Shown one piece after another: positions 1 to 11,631 of a stretch of 64,000 nucleotides of DNA. The position numbers were made by a program, and so were the translations under genes. The DNA comes from Heptranchias perlo. Taxonomy: Eukaryota. Positions within the stretch are counted from its first letter, which is position 1; each line of letters opens with the position of its first letter. Location of the stretch: contig NC_090340.1 of NCBI RefSeq assembly GCF_035084215.1, positions 15,190,001 to 15,254,000 on the forward strand. Reading direction: 5' to 3'. Below the pieces are notes generated by a model. The model saw only the letters and a program-made list of their open reading frames with translations, searched no databases and was not told the DNA's origin.

Positions 1-2998
1 AAAGGAACAGGAGACGAGCATAAAGGTCAGACCAGGGGAAGGAATAAAAATAACATAAACGGTCAATGAACAAATACGGTTATGAACCAAAAGTATAAAC
101 GGTTCGTTAAAAATAAAGTAAAAGGAATAACTATTAAAGACGAATTAAACTGGCTGTACAGCAATGCACACAGCGTCCAAAATAGAACGTGGGAACTGAA
201 GGCAGTAATCCCTAGCGAGGAACCAGATGTAGTAGGAAAAATTTAAACATGGCTTCAGAAAGAACAGGACTGGCAACTAAATGTTGCAGGTTATAATTTA
301 ATCAGAAAGAATAGGGAAGGAAGAAGGGGGTGGATTAGCTGTACTAATTAGAAATAACACAATGGCATTAATAAAAAAGGGAAATAAGTAACAGACGGAT
401 AGAAACAGAATCCATATGGAGTGAAATAAAAGATAAGAAGGGATCTATCACGTTATTAGGGTTACACTACAGACCACCTAATAATGGAAAGGAGATGGAG
501 GAAGAAATATGTAAGCAAATACGTGAAATGAGTAAATGACATAGAATAATAATCAATGGAAATTTTTAACTACACCCAAAGAAACTAGCAAGAAGAGGTA
601 GGTAAAATGGTACAGGGAATGACGTTTCAACAATGTGTGCAAAATTCCTTTCTTACCCAGTATGTAAAAAGCCCAACAAGAGTGGAAGCACTGCTGGGTC
701 TATTAATCGGAAATGAACCAGAACAGATCAGGGACGTAAGCGTAGGGAAATATCTAGGTCACGGCAAGCACAGCATAATAAGATTTAAGATAAAGTTTGA
801 GAAGCCAGTAAGTAAGACAAAGACCAAACTAATATATTGGAAAAAAAGCTGATTTTAAGGGGATGAGAATGGAACTAGGGAAAAAAAGCTGAAAAAATTA
901 CTGACAAAGAAATAAATAAAAGAACAGTTGGTAACATTTAAAACGATGATCAATTGGAGAAATATATCCCACTAAAAGGAAAGAACAAACTAGCCAGTAA
1001 TGACACACCATGGATGACTAAAGAAATAAGGGCAACACTGAAACTAAAGAAAAAGGCAGACATGAAGTGCATAGAAAATAAATGAGAGGATGACAAAAGG
1101 GAATATGAAAGGATTAGGAAAGAAGTCAAGAAAACAATTAGGATTTCAAAGAGAAACTATGGAATTAAATCATCAAAGAATATAAAAGGAAATAGTAAAG
1201 TATTCTGCAGACACATAAATAACAAAAGGAAAATCAAGATAGGGATGGGGCCACTAAGGGATACACATGATAAACTCACAGGTAATGACTGCAAAATGGC
1301 AGAAATATGAAATGATTACTTTGCCTTAGTATTTACCAGAGAGACAAACATGGTGGGCGTTCGAAGAAGAGATCAAGACAGATATAAAGACATTTAAGAT
1401 AGAAAGGGGAAGGTAATTGATAAACTAATCAAACTGAGAGAGGATAAAACCTCATGTCTTGATGGATTGCATCCATACACATTAAAAGAAGTTAAGGAAG
1501 AGATATCGGAGGCAATATTACATAAAAATAAAAAATCATTAAAAAGGGAATAGGGCCAGAGGACTGGTGTCATGCTGATGTCATTCCGATATTTAAAAAG
1601 GGAGATAGTACAAGTCCAGGGAACTACAGGCCAATTAGCTTAACGTCGGTGGTAGGAATGATAATGTAATCCTTATTCAAAGATGTAATTAAAAAAACAT
1701 CCAGAACCTAAAAATATAATAAAGAATAGTCAGCATGGACTTCAAAAGGAAATGTCATGCTTACCCAACCTTATTAAATTATTTGAAGAATTATCAGAAA
1801 GAGTAGACAAGGGTAATGTAGTTGATGTAATGTATTTCTATTTTCAAAAGGCCTTCGATTGGGTACTGCATAATAGACCCAAGACTTAGGTCAGAGCTTT
1901 TGAAGTCATGGGACAAGCAGCCAAATGGATAGCAAACTGGCTACAAATCAGAAAACAAAGAGTAGGGGTTAAAGGTAGTTTACTCAGATTGGCAAAAGTG
2001 GGAAGTGGTGTTCCACAAGGGTCGGTGCTGGGACCACTGTTATTCACCATTTACACAAATGACTTGGACTCGGAATTGGAAGTACAATTTCAAAATTTGC
2101 GGATGACACCAAATTGGAGTTAATACTGAGGAGGACTGTGACAAAATAGAGGAAGACATTAATAAACAAGCAGAATGGGCGAATAATTGGCAAATGAATT
2201 TCAACATAGATAAGTGTGAGATGGTACATTTTGTTAGCAAGAATAAGGAGGCCACATACTCCTTGGAAAATAAGAATCTAAATGGGGTAGAAGAGCAGAG
2301 GGATCTGGGGGCACTAAAAGTAGTGATGCACATTACAAAAAAAGTCATAAAAGCAAGATCAGCACTGGGGTTCAATTCTAGAGGGATAGAAATGAAAAGC
2401 AGGCAAATTATGTTAAACTTATATAGACCCTTGGTTAGACTACGTTTTTAGTACTGTTAACAGTTCTGATCTCCATGTAATAAAAAGGATGTAGAGGCAC
2501 TCGAGAATGTGCAAAAGAGATTTACCAGGATGATATCAGAACTGAGATTTTATACCTATCTGGAACGATTGAACAGGCTGGGGCTTTCGTCTCGAGAAAA
2601 GAGAGGACTGGGAGGTGACCTGATAGAGGCATTTAAGATTGTGAAAGGTTTCGATAGCATAAACGTGGAGAAGATCTTTCCACTTGCAGGGGAGACCAGA
2701 AGTAGGGGCCATAAATATAAGATAGTCACTTTAATAAATCCAATACTGAAATCAGAATAAACTTCTTACCCAGAGAGTGCTTAGAATGCGGAACTCACTA
2801 CCACAAATAGCAGTTGGGCCGTGTAGCATGGATGCATTTAAGGAGAAGCTCGATAAACACGTAAGGGAGAAATGAATAGAAGGATATGTTCATGGGGTTA
2901 TATGAACAGAGACGGGAGGAGACTCGTATGTAGCATAAACACCGGCAATGGACTTCTTTGTCCGAATGGTCTGTGCTGTCCATTCTATGTAATTCTAT
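1..2998 (+). mobile_element. Decayed CR1 LINE (ORF2: APE endonuclease + reverse transcriptase + 3' tail)
   Basis: Fragments YRPP, Q.V..PTR...L.L, GNYRPISLTS, GVPQGSVLGPLLFTIY.ND, FADDTK, EKRGLGGDLIE.FKI, TRSRGH.YK. Many frameshifts and stops; ends in a TTCTATG-type tail at ~2985-2998. Confidence 0.93.
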
Positions 2999-4364
2999 AT
3001 AAAACGTTGTATCATAAATATCCCATTGAAAGTGTTCAAACTGTTCGGCCACTGAAAAAAATGTCCCCTTCCAGCGCAGACAACTCGGCCCCCACTCTAA
3101 GACATGTAAAAAGTACATTTTCTCATTGCATATTGATGCAGCTCCAAGCATCAGCAGTGAAAATGAGCCACAGAAAACTGAAAGTCACAGGTTTGATTTG
3201 TGATCAGTGCTGTGTGCAAGACCAGAACTAAAGTCAGCGAACTGGACGCAGTCATTAGGTACGATGGGACATAATGTGATATCCGTCGTGGAACCTTGGG
3301 GGCAATTTTGATTTTGGGCGGACAGTGTAAAGCGTGCTGTATCATATCCTCCGCCGTATACATCTTTGTCGTTCTATGAGATTCGGCTCATCTGATTTCG
3401 CCCGGGGATGAGCGGGGATGAGGGAGGGTGCTACATATTTCTGGATATAAATTTTGATGAGAAAAAGAGACGGAACAATTGGCTCATGTGTACATATTAA
3501 CGAAGTATAGTAGCACAACATTCGAAAGGGAAGTTTTTATTGATGGTGGTGCTCAGACCAAGCATTTCTGATTTGAATTAAGTAAAAATAACCGAACTGC
3601 CCTATAATGATGGACATTATAGATGAGGCAAAAGTGTGAAAGAAATTTAACTTGATAATTGTAAGCAATTTAGCGAGGTCTACAGTAATAATGCAGCTGC
3701 AAAAATGAGGGCTTTCAACTGTCCTAACAACCTCGAACAAGAGAACCGCTTTCGTCAAAATAGGGAGGAGTTCTTAGAATGCATCTGGAACTGTTTCCTT
3801 AATCGGTATGTTGCATTTTCAAGAAGGAAGAATATCGTGCTTTATTTAGGTCCAGATAATATGAGTTTAAATGGATATGTCAAAATCCAGCGACTAACAT
3901 TCTACTGTAAATAGAACGAGCATGTCTGACCCATGGTTCTACAAATGTAACACAATGCTTGACTTCAGATGTCACGGTGAACTGTCCGATGAACTGAATG
4001 GCCTACCTCATCCCTATTAACCTTATGGTCTTATTTCCTATGAACATTGAAACTAACAAGCTAAAAAAGAGACTGACAAAGGAACGACCCATCGTATCTA
4101 TTTTTTGTACGTTATGGAGAATCCTTTCATCCCTATGCCTGATCAAAGCGCCCAGATCCACCTGAATTCACAGGCACTAACCTGGTGGCTTCTATTAAAT
4201 GATTGTAGTGTTTACCATAACCTGTGGGTATCCCGTTAGCACTACCCTCCGATCAAAAATTTCGTGTGAGTTTGTTTTACATGTGTATAATCAGCTAACG
4301 CACATGCAGCCACTAAACCCATTCACTGTATATCTGTATTTTTGGAGATTGTATAGTTGCTTAC

Positions 4365-4520
4365 CGGGTGCTGTTCGCTTATTTTACTCAAGCCTTGGCC
4401 CCTGGAGTTTTCTGCATTAGGTGTCGTCCGAAAGAGCAATGGTCGAGTTAGCAGGTTTGAGCTAAGTGTTCCTGCGCTGGAGAGAATAGTAGTCATCTCG
4501 GCTTGGGTCGTCATCCCTAT
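4365..4520 (-). other. Candidate exon (156 bp) of an unknown minus-strand gene, possibly stalk or cytoplasmic exon of a receptor
   Basis: Acceptor ctgtttcag and donor CCG|gtaagc; length divisible by 3; open in phase 0 (IGMTTQAEMTTILSSAGTLSSNLLTRPLLFRTTPNAENSRGQGLSKISEQHP). Confidence 0.3.
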
Positions 4521-5174
4521 CTGAAACAGGCAACTGTAATGAAGCCTTACGTATCAACTAGTATGGGAAAGGTAATTCTGGAATACTTTTGACAGCACAA
4601 CAGCTATTGTAGGACAAATTGTCAAGAGTGCAAATGAGTAGAAGGTAAATTTAGGACTGCTATACGGAAGATTTTTTTTGACACAGCAGTGGTCAACATG
4701 AGGAAGGGACTTTCAGGTAGAATAGTGGAGATTAAAAAAAACATACAATATTTTCAGAAACAATTAGATGCTCTGTTCGGAGACTATAAGATCTTTCTGG
4801 ACGCATGAGCAAGAAATGACCAGAATAACTTTTCTCATCTGCATCAACTTTGCACTCGTTACGCCTGCTCGAAGGTGTGTGTGTATGAATGTCCCCGAAG
4901 GCTCACTTCTAGCTCCATTGCAATGTTCTACGCCCACTCACCACTGGAACTGACGCGTGAAGAATGGTCAGCTCAATGGGCGTGAATGGTACCTGAGGGA
5001 TAGTGATGTCTGTGAAAGTTTATCTGAGTCACCTTCAAGAGCAGAAGAGAAAAGGAGAAGAAATGTAGGCAACATTTTTTAAAAATCTGTTGCTGTATTC
5101 TTGAAAGCAGCTGAACCAGTTTAAATATAGGTGGGTGGTTGCGTTTACAAAGTATTTTTTCATCGTTATTTTAC

Positions 5175-5630
5175 AAGTGGTTTTGGGCTCATCCCTTTGC
5201 CCATCCCTCATTGCCCCGAGAAGGTGGTGGCAGCAGTTCTTCTTCTTGCAGGTTTCTTATAACTGATTGGCTTGCTAGGACAGTTCAGAGGACAGTTCAG
5301 AGTCAACCACGGTGGTGTGGGACTGGAGTCACATGAAAAACTAGATGGCAGATTTACTTCGTTAAAAGAGTGAACCGGTTAGCTTTTTACAACAATCCAA
5401 TAGCTTTATGGTCAGTCTTACTGATACTAGAGTGTTGCCTTCTTCTACCTTCAGTCACATCTATAAAGACATTGACCTGAAACATTTTTTTTTGCATTTC
5501 AGTACAGGTACATGCTTTTTACTTCCAGGTTTCTTTTAAACCGATTTCAAATTCTCAAACTATCATGGTGGGATTTGAATTTACTCGCTCTGGATTACAA
5601 GTCCAGTAATTGAACCACTATACAACCGGC
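5175..5630 (-). mobile_element. tRNA-headed SINE with a 3' tail shared with the CR1/L2-clade LINE of this window
   Basis: Minus-strand head tagtggttcaattactggacttgtaatccaga...ttcaaatcccacc (A/B-box-like). Tail ccaccaccttctcggggcaatgagggatgggcaaa matches the LINE ends at ~8505-8530 and ~26450-26490. Confidence 0.7.
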
Positions 5631-7210
5631 CCCACTAGAATTTCTCGGTCACAAAACAGCAGATTAGCGTTCTGTGGGTCAAACAATCTCGAGTCATAAG
5701 GCTGAGTACATTTCCTCTTGCGAAAGTGCTTCCTCTCACCACAGCAGACCAATCCCAATTCACCTATTTATTTTTATTGCCAATTGACATACAGCACATT
5801 CATATATAGAGTAGATGGTGTTTTATATACAGCATATTTTGATACTGAGTTTTACTGAGTGGCTTAACATTAACATCTACGCTAAAATCAACCGAAGCTT
5901 CCTGTGCAGAAATAACTCGAGCATCTGTTTAAATTGAAAGGACCTGAAACAGCCTATCACTGCCGTACAGCAGAGTTAACCACATTGCGAAACATTCGCG
6001 CGGTTACTGCAACAGGTTGAAGGAAATACATTTAACATCTTATTGTGCAAGTTCGCATGTTCGTTTTGCAATATTGAAATCAAATATCAAAGGAACAGCA
6101 ACCGTTTGTCTAACGCGAGCAGTGAAACATCAAACAGTCAAACCTGCCTTGTTTGAGTAAAGGATTACCACCCCGGCTATTTATATTTTCTTATATATTA
6201 TACTATAACCTGTCATTTTTTCAATCTGCTTACTTTCTAATTTATATTTCTTTTTCTTACACACAGGTCGATAATTTGAAAAGCCGCCCGAACGTAATTC
6301 CCAAGACCAAAGATGGGTTTCAGGCCCGAGACAGCTCAGTGTCGATCTTTCAAAACTCGATCAATGAGTAAATGGTGTACGTTATGTCGGATTATTGGAC
6401 AGTGCCTGTAGCTTTACAAATCGTTTCACAGACTGGGATAAGTATGAAAAAAACTTGCTTTACTTTTCAACAATTCATCAGTTTTAAGATTGACTTGAAG
6501 TAGTTCAAGCTTGTCCTTTTCATTGAGGCAATTTCAGGTAAGACAGGTGCGGTGCATCAGGTGGAGTGAGGGAAACAATACAAGATGGGAGCTGAGCCGT
6601 TTTGAAGGTGACCCGGGGATGAGACATGATCACGAATCTCATTTGGAAGATGACGAGTGCAGAGGAAATCATAAGGACCAACTTTACCATACTTAGCTAA
6701 TTCCGCGTACCGATCCATCAGACAACACCCTTTAATCCCTTACGAATGATTTAAACAATATATGGAGAGCAATAAATTAAAGATATGATGCGACGTGAAG
6801 CTTCGGCGGAGCAATAAAATAATAACTAAATAAATTAGCTTCCACATATCTATCTAATGTGACAATAATCTTATTCTGTGTATACAATCTTTGTGTAAGT
6901 GCTCTGCGTCGCCGGGGTACACACGTAAACGTCTTTCAGATGTTCAGTTAAGGTTCAGAGGCAACAACATTATATATGTGCAATGTAATCATCAGTCCCT
7001 GCTTGCCAGCAAAGGGAAAATTTGCAAATTTGATATAAGTATAAAACAGGTTAGGTTTGAACCTAACCACTTGTTTTGGGTTTTTTTGTATTTCTGATCT
7101 AGACGTTTTATGAAAAGGGCTGGAGGTGAAACGTGGATACAAGCTACACAATCGACTCATCTCAAAATGTCAAACGCTTGCATGTCACGTACATAAGTAA
7201 CTTACCTGTA

Positions 7211-7530
7211 ACAAAAGCAGAAAATGCTGGAGAAGCTCAGCAATTCAGGCAGCATCTGTGGAGAAAGAAACGGAGTTAACGTTTCAGGTCGAAAACCTTT
7301 CGTCAGAACTGGAAGATGTTCAAAGAGTTAAAGGTTTTGAGCAAGCACAGATTCAGGGAAAAAGGGGGATGGGAGGGAAGGGAAGAACAAAAGGGAAGGT
7401 CTGTGACATCGTAGAGGGCACGAGTGCTTAAATAACAAAAGGGATCTTGGTGCAAGGAAGGAAAGCGGTAATGGGACAGGTTAAGAAATAAAAGATTGAT
7501 CAGGAGTAGCTGTAAATGCCAGCAACGAGT
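7211..7530 (-). mobile_element. Penelope-like element remnant with a minimal hammerhead motif (7274-7310)
   Basis: aaaagcagaaaatgctgga...ggcagcatctgtggag segment. Minus strand reads AGTT CTGACGA A AGGT-tttcg-ACCT GAAA CGTT AACT. Confidence 0.65.
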
Positions 7531-8268
7531 GAATGAGTTAGTCCGCTCTTTATCAAGGCTGAAACAAGGTCAAACATTAACTTGGAAACGATCCTACTGC
7601 ATCACTGCAAACCTCAAGTCTCTGAATTAATGGAGTTTCACATTCCAGCAAATAAACCCAGAGCACTGAGAAGCTTCGGCTTCGCGACGGCTGCAGTTTA
7701 AGTACAGCTGCAACAATGTAAACTATTAGGACTTTTTGTCTTCCCTTTGGAGGTTTCTAATTTTGGCAAAGAGCCAGTTCACCATCACTGACATTGAGTT
7801 AAGCGATTTTAGTTGTGTATAACAGAGCATTCTTCAGTCGACATTCGCATAACCCATTCAAACATAACCGATAGAACACTGGGAGTCCTCCCCTGACCTT
7901 GCTCTGGTCCTGCTCGCCCCTATTGCGAAGAAATTGTATGTATTTTAACTTCATTGTTGTAACAAGCTGAGATAATAACCCCACCTCTTAAACACGTTAG
8001 GAATGGCAGGAGCTCTTGTATAACTGTTTTAAGAGGATGCAGTGCCATCCTGTGGAGAAACTAGAAGATATGAGGCGCTACTGTTACGTTTACAAGATTA
8101 CCCATTGATTTTAATGGACTGAAATCCACAGCCTTAAGAACATGAGACATAGGAGTGGGAGTAGGCCACAGGGTACCTCGAGCCTGCTCCGCAGTCAATA
8201 AAGTCATGTCTGATCTTCTACCACAACTCCACTTCCCCACCCTATCCCAATATCCCTTGATTCCCTTA

Positions 8269-8575
8269 CTCCCAAACCCGCAACCTCTACCACCTAGAAG
8301 GACAAGAGCAGCAGGTACATGGGAACAACACCAGCTGCACTTTACCCTCCAAGTCACACACCATCCCAACTTGGAAATATATCGCTGTTCCTTCATCGTC
8401 GCTGGGTCAAAATCGTGGAACTCCCTTCCCAACAGCACTGTTCCCAACTCCCTTCACCACACGGAGTGCAGCGGTTGAAGAAGATGGCTCGCCAACAACA
8501 TCTCAAGGGCAATTAGGGATGGGCAATAAATGCTGGCCTCATCAGCGACGCCCACATTCCATGAAAGAATAAAAC
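8269..8575 (+). mobile_element. 3' fragment of a second non-LTR LINE family nested in CR1
   Basis: Homologous to 26230-26540 (PNPQPLPPRRTRAAGTWEQH...RCSFIVAGSKSWNSLP); A-rich end; short cctta flanking repeat. Confidence 0.85.
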
Positions 8576-10477
8576 AAATCCTTAATGTTCAAAAATCTAT
8601 CGATCTCAGTTTTGAACATACTCAATCACTGAGCATCCATGGCACTCTGGGGTAGAGAATTCCAAGGATTCACTGCCCCCTGAGTGAATACATTTTTCCT
8701 CATCTCAGTCCTAAATGGCCGACCACTTATCCTGAGACGATGACCATTGGTTCCAGACTGTCCAGCCAGGGGAATCAGCCTCTCAGCATTTACCCTGTCA
8801 ATCCCTCTAAGAATTTTATATGTTTCACTGAAACCACCTCTCATTCGTCTAATCTCCAGAGAATATAGGCCCATTCTGCTCAATCTCTCTTCATAGGACA
8901 ACCCTCTCATTCCAGGAATGAATCTAGTGAACCTTCGTTGCACCTCATCTAAGGCAAATATATCCTTCCTTAGGTAAGGAGATCAAAACTGGTTCCCTCT
9001 TATCTATCCTGCTAGTTACACCCTCAAAAAACGTACACTGTATCCCGGTGTGGTCTCACCGAAGTCCTAAATAATTGCAGGAAGACTTCTTAACTCTTAT
9101 ACTCCAATCCCCTTGCAATAGAGGCTAACGTACCATTTGACTTCCTAATTGCTTACTGTACCTGCATGTCAACTTTCAGTGAATTGTTTACAAGGACACC
9201 ATAATCCCTCTGAATATCAACATTTACTAGACTCTCACCTTTTAAAAAATATTTTGCTTTTCTATTCTTCCTACCAAAGTGGATAATTTCATATTTCCCC
9301 GCATTATATTCCATCTGCCACCTTCTTCCCCAATCATTTAACCTGTCTGTATCCCTCCTTCTGTCCTCCTCAGAACTTACTTTCCCACCTAGCTTTAGAT
9401 CGTCAGCAAATTCGAAGATATTACATTGTGTCCCCTCATCTAAGTCAGAAAATAGCTGAGGCATCTTGTGGCATCCTAGTGGTTACAACCTGCCAACCCG
9501 GAAATGACGCATTTATTCCTATTCTGTTTTCTGTCCGTCAACCAATCCTCAATTCATGCTAATATATTGCCCCAAATTCCATGAGCCCTTATCTTATGTA
9601 ACAATTACTTGTGTGGCATATTATCAAATGCCTTTTGAAAATCCAAATATAATACATCCACTGGTTCCCTCTTATCTACCCTGCTAGTTACACCCTCAAA
9701 AAACTATAATAGATTTGTCAAACACAATTTCCCTTTCATAAAACTGTGTTGACTCTGCCTAATCATATTATGATTTTCTAAGTGCCCTGTTACCACATCC
9801 TTAACAATAGATTCTAGCATTTCCCTACTACTGATATCAAGCTAACTGGCCTATAGTTCCCTGTTTTCTCTCTCCCTGTTTTCTTGAATACCGGGGTTAC
9901 ATTTGCTACCTTCCAATCCACGGGGACCGTTGTAGAATCTAGAGAATTTTGGAAGATCAAAACCAATGCATTAATTATCTCTGCAGCCACCACTTTTATA
10001 ACTCTAAGATGTAAGCCATCAGGTCCAGGGGTTTTGTTGGCTTTCGGTTTCATTAATTTCTCCAGTACTTTTTCATTACTAATATTAATTACTTTAAATT
10101 CCACACTCGCATTAGACCCTTGGTTCCCCATTATTTTGGATATGTTTTTGTGTCTTCTACTGTGAAGACAGGTACAAAATATTCGTTTAACATCTTTGCA
10201 ATTTCCTTACTCCCCATTATAAATTCTCCTGTCTCTGCCTCTAAGGGACCCACGTTTACTTTTGCTAATCTCTTCCTTTTTTCATACTCGTAGAAGCTCT
10301 TACAATCTGTTTTTATATTTCCTGCTAGTTTACAGTCACATTCAATTTTCTCCCTTTTTATCAATTTCTTGGTCATCCTTCTGATTTCGAAAACCTCCCA
10401 ATCCTCAGGCTTACTATTGTTTTCGGCAACATTATAAGCATCTTCCTTTAACCTAATACGATCCTTATCTTCTCTAG

Positions 10478-11631
10478 AGCCTCTCCTCCGCCGCCCAGCT
10501 GGATGGGACTGCACTCGCCTGGCTCCATTCTTATCTATCCAGTCATAGCCAGCGAATCAACTGCAATGGCTTCTCTTCCCACTCCTGCACCGTGACCTGT
10601 GGAGTCCCCCAAGGATCTACCCTTGCCCCCCCCCTTCCTATTTCTCATCTACATGCTGCCCCTCGGTGACACCATCCAAAAACACGTCAGATTCCACATG
10701 TACGCAGACGACACCCAGTTCTATCTCACAATCACATTCCTCGACCCCTCCACTGTCTCTTATTTGTCACATTGCCTGTCCAAACTCCAGTAGTGGATGA
10801 GCAAAAGTTTCCTCCAACTAAATATTGGGAAGACAGAAGCCATTGTCTTTGATCCCCGCGACAAACTCTGTTCCCTAGCCACCAACTCCATCCCTCTCCC
10901 TGGCCACTGTCTGAGACTGAACCAGACCGTTTGCGACCTTGATATCCTATTTGACACGGAGATGAGCTTCCAACCACATATCTGCTCCATTACCAAAACC
11001 GCCTACTTCCACCTCCATAATATCAAACGTCTCTGCCCCTGCCTCAGCTCATCTGTGGCTGAAACCTTGTTATATGCCTTTGTTGTCTCCAGACTGGATT
11101 ATTCCAATGGTCACCTGACTGGCCTCCCATCTTCCACCCTCGATAAACTTGAGCACATTCAAAACTATGCTGCCCGTACCCTCGGGCCAAGTCTCGTGCT
11201 CCCATCATCCCTGTGCTCATGGACCTACATCAGCTCCCAATCTGGGACTTAATTTTAAAATTCGCATCCTTGTTTTCAAATTCCTCCATGTCCTCGTCCC
11301 TCCCTATCTTTGTAAACTCCTCCAGCACTACAAGCCTCAGAGATCTCAGCGCTCTAATCCTTGCCTCTTGCGCATCCCCGATTTTACTTGTTCTAACATT
11401 GGCGGCCGTGACTTCAGCTGTCTAGGCCCTAAGCTCTGGAATTCCCTCCCAAAACCTCTTCAACTCTCTACCTAGCTCTCCTCCTTTGAGAATCTCCTTT
11501 AAACCTAACTCTTTGACCAAACTTTAATTTTGTTTGATAACGCATCTGAGAAGTGCCTTGGGGTGTTTTACTACGTTAAAGGCACTATATAAAAGGGAGT
11601 AGTAGTAGTAGTTTCTGTTGTTGTTGTTGTT
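10478..11631 (+). mobile_element. 5'-truncated L2 LINE inserted in CR1
   Basis: LFLIYMLPLGDTIQKH..FHMYADDTQFY, FLQLNIGKTE, AFVVSRLDYSN, FSCLGPKLWNSLP. L2-type 3' end ...aaaggcactatataaa followed by a (GTA)/(GTT) tail. Confidence 0.9.

Noticed and set aside
6267-6367. Plus-strand exon candidate after a strong pyrimidine tract
   Set aside because: No recognisable protein motif and no convincing partner exons; cannot be distinguished from chance.
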